Shown here: positions 27,204 through 34,377 of the stretch, one piece after another
Position numbering within the stretch: the stretch's first letter is position 1
Layout: every line of letters begins with the position of its first letter
Origin: an uncultured Pseudomonadota bacterium
GTDB lineage: Bacteria > Pseudomonadota > Alphaproteobacteria > Rs-D84
Assembly (NCBI GenBank): GCA_947165555.1
Contig: CAMVAR010000001.1
Location: 1 to 36,662 of the forward strand
DNA length: 36,662 nucleotides
Direction of reading: 5' to 3'
Program-made: the position numbers and the translations under genes
The notes under the pieces: model-generated
Seen by the model: the letters and a program-made list of their open reading frames with translations, nothing else
Told to the model about the DNA's origin: nothing
The model's database searches: none

Positions 27204-28130
27204 ATGAAAACACCGTGGTGGTTTTTGCATAAAACGCCGTTGGCATTATTACTGGTGCCGGTGTCGTGGATTTATTTTTTGTGTTCGCGTGTTGTGTTTT
27301 TATGGCGGCGTATGTTTGAATACAAATCGCGACGGAAAATTATATGTGTTGGTGGTATTTTGGCCGGTGGGGTTGGAAAAACACCAATTGTACGTGTGGT
27401 TGCAAAATATCTGGATGCACCCGTGGTTATGCGTGGATATAAAAAGAGTGCCAAGACCGGAAATATCGGGGACGAGGCGATGATGTTAATGCGTGATGAT
27501 ATTATTGTTCATGTCGGTCACAGAAAAAGCAATATTATGTTATTGAATCGTCAGGCGCATGACACAGGTCCAATTGTTATGGATGATGGTATGCAAAATC
27601 CGACTATTAAGAAAGATATTTCCATTTTTGTATTTGACCAATCAATTGGGTGGGGTAATGGTTTTATGTTGCCTGCCGGGCCGTTACGCGCCCCGCGCAA
27701 GGGTGTCGGGCGCGCCGATGCGATAATTGTTATTAAAAGTAGGGTAAAAAAGCGAAACTTTAACCTGCCGTCAAATGTGCCAATATTTTGGGCCGAAAAT
27801 AAAACAGTGTCACCATTCAAACGGGGTGAACGCATAGTTGCGTTTGCCGGAATTGGCTATCCAAAAAAGTTCTTTAAATCGTTGGATGGTGTGGTGACAA
27901 CACGGTCTTTTCCAGACCATTATCAATATACTGATGAAGATATAGAATATTTGTTGAAATTGGCCAAGAAAAAGCAAGCAAAATTATTAACCACAGAAAA
28001 AGATTGGGTTCGTTTATCCAATGATACACGTAAAAAAATACAATTTGCACGATTGGAAACGCATATTGCACCAGAGTTTTTTGAATGGATAAAGGAAAGG
28101 TTAAATGTCAACGATAAAACAAAGCGTTAA
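27204..28130 (+). CDS. lpxK: Tetraacyldisaccharide 4'-kinase
   Basis: This is a 308-aa ORF with an N-terminal hydrophobic helix. It has the P-loop VGGILAGGVGKTPIV and GDEAMML. Its size and context fit. Confidence 0.9.
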   Translation: MKTPWWFLHKTPLALLLVPVSWIYFLCSRVVFLWRRMFEYKSRRKIICVGGILAGGVGKTPIVRVVAKYLDAPVVMRGYKKSAKTGNIGDEAMMLMRDDIIVHVGHRKSNIMLLNRQAHDTGPIVMDDGMQNPTIKKDISIFVFDQSIGWGNGFMLPAGPLRAPRKGVGRADAIIVIKSRVKKRNFNLPSNVPIFWAENKTVSPFKRGERIVAFAGIGYPKKFFKSLDGVVTTRSFPDHYQYTDEDIEYLLKLAKKKQAKLLTTEKDWVRLSNDTRKKIQFARLETHIAPEFFEWIKERLNVNDKTKR

Positions 28131-29046
28131 AATATCGGGTCATGGTATTCATTCGGGGTTGCCGGTTAATATGGTGATAAACCCATCGGATACAATGGGA
28201 ATATTTTTTCGACGTGTTGATTTGCCAACATCAAAATTAATACCGGCGCGATTTGATAATGTTTGTGATACAAAAATGCGTAATACCACCATTGGCGATT
28301 TAAATGGTGCGCATGTTAAAACAATTGAACATGTTATGGCTGCATTATTTATTGCCGGCGTGGATAGTGCAATTATTGATATAGATGGCCCGGAAACACC
28401 AATATGTGATGGCAGTGCAGTTGAATTCTATAATGCAATAATACTTGCCGGTGTTGATGGTAATATAACCCGGCGTATTGTTGTAAAACGACCCGTTGTT
28501 GCGTATATGCGGGAAATGCGTCGCACATTGCCATTGTTTATGCGCATGCGATTGTTTTTGTTTGATTTGTTTTCCGGGCGGCGTGCCGATGGATATGTGA
28601 AATTAAGTCCGGCCAATGAAAATATTTTAAATATTAATGCGACATTGGTTTATAGGGAAAAAATTATTGGCAATCAAACATACTCTTATTCGTTTGATGG
28701 GTCCGATGCGGCAAAAAAAGATTTTGTTCAAAATGTTGCACGCGCGCGTACGTTTGGTAAATTTTCAGAATGGGAATATTTGAAATCACATGGAATGGCG
28801 CGGGGGGCAAATGAAACAAATATTATCGCATTGAATGATAATGGGGATGCAACACTAAATAAAACATTTTGGCCCGATGAATTTGTGCGTCATAAAATCA
28901 TAGATGCGATTGGCGATATGTTTACATCGGGTGGGATGATTGTCGGAAACATGGTGTCGTATAAGGGCAGTCATGGGCTGAATAATTTTGTTTTGAAAAA
29001 GTTGTTTAGTAATTCAGATAATTATGATATAGTGGATATGCAATAA
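28105..29046 (+). CDS. lpxC: UDP-3-O-acyl-N-acetylglucosamine deacetylase
   Basis: This is a 313-aa ORF. It has KISGHGIHSGLPVNMVINP, TIEHVMAALFIAGVDSAIIDIDGPETPICDGSA and HKIIDAIGDM. An AAAGGAAAGG Shine-Dalgarno sequence lies upstream. It overlaps the lpxK 3' end by 26 nt. Confidence 0.95.
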   Translation: MSTIKQSVKISGHGIHSGLPVNMVINPSDTMGIFFRRVDLPTSKLIPARFDNVCDTKMRNTTIGDLNGAHVKTIEHVMAALFIAGVDSAIIDIDGPETPICDGSAVEFYNAIILAGVDGNITRRIVVKRPVVAYMREMRRTLPLFMRMRLFLFDLFSGRRADGYVKLSPANENILNINATLVYREKIIGNQTYSYSFDGSDAAKKDFVQNVARARTFGKFSEWEYLKSHGMARGANETNIIALNDNGDATLNKTFWPDEFVRHKIIDAIGDMFTSGGMIVGNMVSYKGSHGLNNFVLKKLFSNSDNYDIVDMQ

Positions 29047-29061
29047 CAAAAGGAAAGGGTT

Positions 29062-29499
29062 ATGAAAAAATATTTTGGTTTTATGTTGTCGGCGTTGGTG
29101 CTGTTTGGATGCGGCGGGTACGTTAAGAATGAAAATGGCAGTCAATATATAAAACAACTGGATGGTGAACCAATTGGTTGTATGTTTTTGTATAAACTGG
29201 AAACAGAGATTTCGGTATATGACCAAGAAGATGCGCGACGTTATTTGGAAAATCGTATCGCAGACCAGGCCCGTCCCGGAAATGCGTACTGGATTGTTAG
29301 TCAACGGACAAGACCAAATGAATGGGTTGTGTTTGGTCCGGAGCGCGCCTTTGTTTTGGCTGCAAATGTTTATAATTGTCCAAATTTGAATACCGTGCGG
29401 ACCGCACGTTCGGATAGTCCAATGCCGGAAATGGAACCGGTGCCGTGTCGTGGGGCGGGGTTATTTTATGGCGTGCAAACGAATGGTTGTGTCCAATAA
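29062..29499 (+). CDS. Small lipoprotein (145 aa), possibly DUF4156-like
   Basis: It has a signal peptide with a lipobox (MKKYFGFMLSALVLFGC). An AAAGGAAAGGG Shine-Dalgarno sequence lies upstream. It contains 5 further Cys. The family guess is weak. Confidence 0.7.
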   Translation: MKKYFGFMLSALVLFGCGGYVKNENGSQYIKQLDGEPIGCMFLYKLETEISVYDQEDARRYLENRIADQARPGNAYWIVSQRTRPNEWVVFGPERAFVLAANVYNCPNLNTVRTARSDSPMPEMEPVPCRGAGLFYGVQTNGCVQ

Positions 29500-29523
29500 G
29501 TTATATGTTTTTGTAAAAAAATA

Positions 29524-29551
29524 AAACCGTTATATCAATAACGGTTTTTTT
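29524..29551 (+). terminator. Rho-independent terminator after the lipoprotein gene
   Basis: The hairpin AAACCGTTAT-atca-ATAACGGTTT is followed by a T-run. Confidence 0.8.
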
Positions 29552-29555
29552 ACAC

Positions 29556-29585
29556 TGGAATTAGAAATAGGTTTTGTGTTATAAT
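29556..29585 (+). promoter_or_regulatory. Putative extended -10 promoter for the pilus-like operon
   Basis: TGTTATAAT lies at 29577-29585, with TATAAT at 29580-29585. A weak -35 element, TGGAAT, lies 18 nt upstream. The 9-mer is identical to the one at the virB3 promoter. Confidence 0.45.
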
Positions 29586-29614
29586 TTATTTCAGAATAAA
29601 CCGAGAGAGAAATT

Positions 29615-30883
29615 TTGGCACAACAATATATACAAATTAAACGAAAAAAATATGCGGCTGGATTATTCTGGCAACCAATGGTTTCGGGATTTACACCACG
29701 GGCATACGCATATAAATTGGCGCGGGGAATTGACCGGCGGATGCGGTTATACATAAATCAATTGGGAATGATTGGTTTGGGTGGACGTGCGTTCGGGCAT
29801 CGGTCGGGAATGCCATCGATTGCAATAGAAATAATAAATGCGTTACCCGGTTATTCTTCGATAATGGGTGTGTTTAATGTTGGAAATAAATATGTTCTGG
29901 TTGCGGTAAGAAACGGTGTTATTTTGCATGATATGTTATTTGAAGATGAAAATGCCGCACGTGAAAAATATGTGGAATTATCTGAAATTCCGGATTGGAA
30001 TGCGCTATTCGCGCCTGCTGTGTGGGGTATGCCGCGTGCGGTTGAACGTGATTTAATTGAAATGATTACCGGAAGTAGTCATGGTGTGTTGCGCCCGATT
30101 AGTCGTGTGGGTGCGGGTATGTTGTCGTTAATTATACTGTTCGGATTTGGTTTATTGTTTTTATATTTATTCCGTGAACCATTAAATCAGATTATGGCAC
30201 CGACACCACAAATATCAAAAATAAATCCAGAATTAGCCCAGGAATATAAACGCCAAATTGAAGAAAAAAATAAAGAATTAGATAAACAATATAATATACG
30301 CCAAGAACCAGTTATTGAACCACTGGTTATGCCGTATGATATGTTGCCGGATATGGGGGTGCGTGCAGATGTGTGTTATCGTGCAATTGCATTTTTAATG
30401 CAACCAATTACGGGATGGAACCAGACGGTTGTTGAATGTGGCGAAACACATGCAAACGCAACGTTTAAACGGTCGTTTGGAACACTGGATGATTTCTATG
30501 CGATGGCCGAAAATTTAATGCCCGGTGTATTTGTCCAAGAAATTAGTGATGATGAAATTTTGGTGCGTGCAAAATTACCGGAACGTATCGGTAGAAAATC
30601 GGTTGATATGCGTACACCGGATGATATTGTTCGTGATTTGACCAGTCGTTTTCAATCAATGAACACAGATGCAGAAATTACCGTTGTTGTTGATACAATA
30701 GCAAATGAAACGCAATCCGCAGATATTTATCTAATTGAATTATTTGCGGAATCTAAATTAACCCCGGAACAGTTTATGAAAATTTTTGATGGGGTTGATG
30801 GTGTGTACATGACCAAGGTTACCTGGGGCGTGGCAAGGAAAATATGGAACTATGAGGTGATAATCTATGCAAAACAAAATTAA
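29615..30883 (+). CDS. PilO/PilO2-like type IVb pilus accessory protein (bitopic)
   Basis: The start is a TTG preceded by GAGAGAGA. The N-terminus IKRKKYAAGLFWQPM resembles the ...FVAGLFWQ... start of type 4b PilO2 proteins, as I remember them. A single TM helix (GAGMLSLIILFGFGLLFLYLF) is present. The gene order fits the R64/PAPI-1 pilO-pilP-pilQ-pilR arrangement. Confidence 0.6.
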   Translation: MAQQYIQIKRKKYAAGLFWQPMVSGFTPRAYAYKLARGIDRRMRLYINQLGMIGLGGRAFGHRSGMPSIAIEIINALPGYSSIMGVFNVGNKYVLVAVRNGVILHDMLFEDENAAREKYVELSEIPDWNALFAPAVWGMPRAVERDLIEMITGSSHGVLRPISRVGAGMLSLIILFGFGLLFLYLFREPLNQIMAPTPQISKINPELAQEYKRQIEEKNKELDKQYNIRQEPVIEPLVMPYDMLPDMGVRADVCYRAIAFLMQPITGWNQTVVECGETHANATFKRSFGTLDDFYAMAENLMPGVFVQEISDDEILVRAKLPERIGRKSVDMRTPDDIVRDLTSRFQSMNTDAEITVVVDTIANETQSADIYLIELFAESKLTPEQFMKIFDGVDGVYMTKVTWGVARKIWNYEVIIYAKQN

Positions 30884-31568
30884 AATGTTATTTGTGTGTG
30901 TGGCGGCATTATTTTGTGTGGCGTCGTCGTACGCTGATTTGGAATACGATACACAATTCGAAGATGTTATTGATGTTATCGATGAAACGGATAATATCAC
31001 GGTTAATTCGCCCGAAGATATTTCCGCAGACGCAATCGAAGAATATCAGGTCGAAGGCTCTTTGTTTCAACAAATTACTGATTTGGAACAAGAAAAGATT
31101 TTAATGCAGTTGGAAAAAGAACGCGCGCAATTAAATTTGGATTTGGACCGATTGGCCGCAGAAAAAATTAAATTGCATTTAGAAATAGATAATCTGTCGG
31201 GGCGCGCAGAACAACAACAGCAAGAATTAGAAGCTGAACGTGCGCGTCTAGATGCCGAAGCCCGTCGCATGGAAACGGAACGAAATGCAATCGCAACACG
31301 ACAGGCAGAGCCAGTCGTGCGTACACAGCCTGTGGCGTCAGAGAAAAAAGAAACAGAGTTTGAACAAAAATATAAACTGGTCAACGTGTTCGGTGCCGGT
31401 GCGCAATTGCAGGCCACAGTTCAAGATTTAGAATCCGGTCAAAATAAACGTATTAGTGTTGGTAAAGAAATGGATGGATATACGGTAAAATCTATATCAT
31501 TGGATGACGGAATTGTTTTTGTTAATGGTGACGAGGTAAGAACATTAAATATATCGGGTAAAAATTAA
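30867..31568 (+). CDS. PilP-like periplasmic protein with coiled coil
   Basis: A GAGGTGA Shine-Dalgarno sequence lies upstream. The signal peptide is MQNKIKMLFVCVAALFCVASSYA. A long Glu/Arg/Gln coiled coil follows. The C-terminal beta domain is YKLVNVFGAGAQLQATVQDL...VGKEMDGYTVKSISLDDGIVFVNG, which is PilP/GspC-HR-like. The gene overlaps the upstream gene. Confidence 0.5.
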   Translation: MQNKIKMLFVCVAALFCVASSYADLEYDTQFEDVIDVIDETDNITVNSPEDISADAIEEYQVEGSLFQQITDLEQEKILMQLEKERAQLNLDLDRLAAEKIKLHLEIDNLSGRAEQQQQELEAERARLDAEARRMETERNAIATRQAEPVVRTQPVASEKKETEFEQKYKLVNVFGAGAQLQATVQDLESGQNKRISVGKEMDGYTVKSISLDDGIVFVNGDEVRTLNISGKN

Positions 31569-31572
31569 CAAA

Positions 31573-33210
31573 ATGAAATCGAACGAAAATAGCGTTTTGA
31601 ATAATATGTCTAATATAGAAAAACCGTCGGTGCCGGCCGGTTTGGAACATGCCGATAACAAGGATATTATTGATTATTTGTTCACCGAAAATAATCATCT
31701 GTTGACGGCCCCGGGTGCCGAATTTGAATTACCAAAAGATACCCAGGGATTATTGGCATATTTTTCCGGTGGGTGCATCATTATTTCACGTACGCATAAA
31801 TTTGATGGTCGGGTGTTGGCGTTTATAGATTTGTTGCGCAGAAAAAATCGTCCAATGCGTGAACCGTTTTATTCTGATTTGGGTTTGGTTTCCGACATAT
31901 ATAAATACCATGAAAATAAGTTGGGGGGTGGGGACCGGTCGCGTTTGGATTATAACAACCAAATGCAAAAAGATTTTGTTGATATTGTTGCCCGTGCCGC
32001 TGCACAAAAAGTATCAGATATTCATATCAAGGTAGCCGACCAAACGACTATATTTTTCCGTATAGATGGCAGTATGCAACCGGTTTTAGAATTTAATGCC
32101 GGGTGGGGCGAATCTTTTGTGCGCGCCGCATTCGCTTCATCTGATATTTCAAATGCAAATTATGCCCAGAATGAGTATCAATCTGCGCAAAAGGATGGGC
32201 GTACACCATTGCGCGGAACCAAAGATTTGTATTTGCCCCATGGAATTTTGGGTATAAGAATGCAATTTAATCCAATCGCATTCGGCAGTCGTTATGTGGT
32301 GATGCGCTTGCTTTACGACAATCCATCGGAAAGTATCAAGATAGAGCAGGAATTTGGTAAATATGAACAAAATCTGTTGCGGCGGTTGCGGTCGTTTCCA
32401 ACAGGATTGGTCGTGGTTGCCGGTCCAACCAGTTCGGGTAAGTCAACGACACTGGTTCGGAATATGGTTTTGATGTTAAAAGAACATCATTATGAAATAA
32501 ACCTGATTACGGTAGAAGACCCCGTCGAACAAAAAATATTTGGTGCAAATCAAATTCCGGTTGTAAATACCGCCAACGAAGAACAACGCGAAAACGAATA
32601 TACCGAGGCATTGGCCGCCGCGTTGCGCAGTGACCCTGATACATTGATGGTTGGTGAAATTCGTACATTGGCCGCCGCACAATTAACAGTCAAGGGCGCA
32701 TTGTCCGGCCATAATGTTTGGACGACGTTACATGCAAATTCTGCAATGGCCGCATTGGTACGATTGTTAGATATGGGGGTAGAGGCGTTTAAGTTAAAAG
32801 AAGAAACAATGATGCGTGGTTTGGTATCTATGCGTTTGTTTAAACGTTTATGTCCACATTGTCGGCAACGCCTGATAGAACATCCAGAATTACCGGAATA
32901 TAAACGTGTTAATGATTGTTTCGGTGAATTGGGTCTGCGCCAGGTTTTTGTTCGTGGGGTGGGGTGTGAACACTGTAACGGGACCGGAACCCAGGGACGT
33001 ATCAAGGCCGGCGAAGTTATTATTACAAATAGTGAATTTTTACAGTTGGCATTGGCGGGTAATACCGATGCAGCCGTCAAATATTGGTTGGAAGAATTAG
33101 ATGGTCGTACATTAAAAGAATCTGCGTCGTCGTTGATGTTGCGTGGTATTATCGGTGTCGATGAATTGGAACGATGGGTCGGATTATTGGACCGGCCGGG
33201 GGTGTATTAA
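31573..33210 (+). CDS. GspE/PilB-family secretion ATPase (type IVb PilQ-like)
   Basis: This is a 545-aa ORF. It has Walker A (VVAGPTSSGKSTTL), an Asp box/Walker B (LRSDPDTLMVGEIR) and a His box (GHNVWTTLHANSA). A tetracysteine motif is also present (CPHCRQ...GCEHCNGTG). Confidence 0.93.
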   Translation: MKSNENSVLNNMSNIEKPSVPAGLEHADNKDIIDYLFTENNHLLTAPGAEFELPKDTQGLLAYFSGGCIIISRTHKFDGRVLAFIDLLRRKNRPMREPFYSDLGLVSDIYKYHENKLGGGDRSRLDYNNQMQKDFVDIVARAAAQKVSDIHIKVADQTTIFFRIDGSMQPVLEFNAGWGESFVRAAFASSDISNANYAQNEYQSAQKDGRTPLRGTKDLYLPHGILGIRMQFNPIAFGSRYVVMRLLYDNPSESIKIEQEFGKYEQNLLRRLRSFPTGLVVVAGPTSSGKSTTLVRNMVLMLKEHHYEINLITVEDPVEQKIFGANQIPVVNTANEEQRENEYTEALAAALRSDPDTLMVGEIRTLAAAQLTVKGALSGHNVWTTLHANSAMAALVRLLDMGVEAFKLKEETMMRGLVSMRLFKRLCPHCRQRLIEHPELPEYKRVNDCFGELGLRQVFVRGVGCEHCNGTGTQGRIKAGEVIITNSEFLQLALAGNTDAAVKYWLEELDGRTLKESASSLMLRGIIGVDELERWVGLLDRPGVY

Positions 33211-33213
33211 AAC

Positions 33214-34284
33214 ATGAACAGATTGGAATTATTTTATGCCAAAATGGTGTGCAGGTTTAGCAATAATAAAAGAATTGCAATTTGGCGTAAATTGGCTTCT
33301 TTGTTGAAAAATGACTTTACATTGGTTAACGCATTAAACCGGTTACAGATGATTGAATCACGGGGCGGGGCCAAACCGAACGAACCGTTTGCAATATGTC
33401 TGCGGGAATGGGAAAAAAATCTTGAACGGGGATTAAGTTTTTCCGATGCGACACGTGGTTGGGTTCCGGCCGAAGAAACATTATTGTTGACGTCCGGAAA
33501 CATGTCCAGTTTGGTTGTTGCGCTGGAAAATGTTGGTAATATAATTGTTGCGAACAAGCGTATCGGTTCTGCTGTGTTTGGCGCGATTGCGTATCCGTTG
33601 TTATTATTGGTTTTGGTGTTGGGCATAATTGTTATGGTTGGATTATACCTGGTGCCACCATTGGCTGATGTGGCGGGTGATGGTATGGTGTGGCGTGGAT
33701 GGGCATCGTCATTGATTTGGTTGTCCAATTTAGCGGGAAAATATTGGCATATATTTACGGTATGTTTTATTGTTTTGTGCATTGTTGTTTGGTGGTCTTT
33801 GCCAATTTGGGCCGGCCGAATGCGCGCCGTGTTTGACCGGTTGCCACCGTGGAGTGTTTATAAGGTTCGTATATCGGTTGGTTGGATGATGTCGTTGGCG
33901 GCGATGGTTTCGTCGGGTGTAACGGTGCCGGACGCAATGCGTATGTTGGCGGACAATTCCAATCGGTATCTGCGCAATATATTGGAACGAACATTACGGT
34001 ATATTGCGAACGGTGATAATTTGGGGGATGCGTTGGCAAATACCGGCTTGGATTTCCCGAACCAGGAAATTATTGGTGATTTGACGATTTATGCCGACAT
34101 GAATGATTTTGACGATAACCTGGGCCAGATATCCAAAGACTATCTGGAAAATTCGGTAAAGCGCATTGAATCCATATCCAGCAGTTTAAATACAATTGGA
34201 ATTTTACTGATATCTGCGGTAATTGCGTGGATTGTGTTGGGTACATTCCAGATGCAGGACCAGATTACAGCATTCCTTAGTTAA
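33214..34284 (+). CDS. GspF/PilC-family inner-membrane platform protein (type IVb PilR-like)
   Basis: This is a 356-aa ORF. It has two cytoplasmic helical repeats, each followed by TM helices, which is the T2SS-F layout. It starts 3 nt after the ATPase stop. Confidence 0.85.
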   Translation: MNRLELFYAKMVCRFSNNKRIAIWRKLASLLKNDFTLVNALNRLQMIESRGGAKPNEPFAICLREWEKNLERGLSFSDATRGWVPAEETLLLTSGNMSSLVVALENVGNIIVANKRIGSAVFGAIAYPLLLLVLVLGIIVMVGLYLVPPLADVAGDGMVWRGWASSLIWLSNLAGKYWHIFTVCFIVLCIVVWWSLPIWAGRMRAVFDRLPPWSVYKVRISVGWMMSLAAMVSSGVTVPDAMRMLADNSNRYLRNILERTLRYIANGDNLGDALANTGLDFPNQEIIGDLTIYADMNDFDDNLGQISKDYLENSVKRIESISSSLNTIGILLISAVIAWIVLGTFQMQDQITAFLS

Positions 34285-34342
34285 TATTGATACAATTTAA
34301 TAAAACACGTTCCACTTTTTGCTTTTATTTTTTTTGCCTATG

Positions 34343-34351
34343 TGGTATAAT
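34343..34351 (+). promoter_or_regulatory. Extended -10 element upstream of the Cys-rich gene
   Basis: TGGTATAAT lies 27 nt before the ATG at 34378. An AAGGGG Shine-Dalgarno sequence lies 7 nt before the start. Confidence 0.4.
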
Positions 34352-34377
34352 AAATTGATACCAAAAGGGGAACGAGG

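Noticed and set aside
31067-33782. Long antisense ORFs at 31067-31417, 32550-33080 and 33234-33782, all on the minus strand.
   Set aside because: They lie opposite the well-supported PilP-like, ATPase and platform genes. Their translations are low-complexity shadows.
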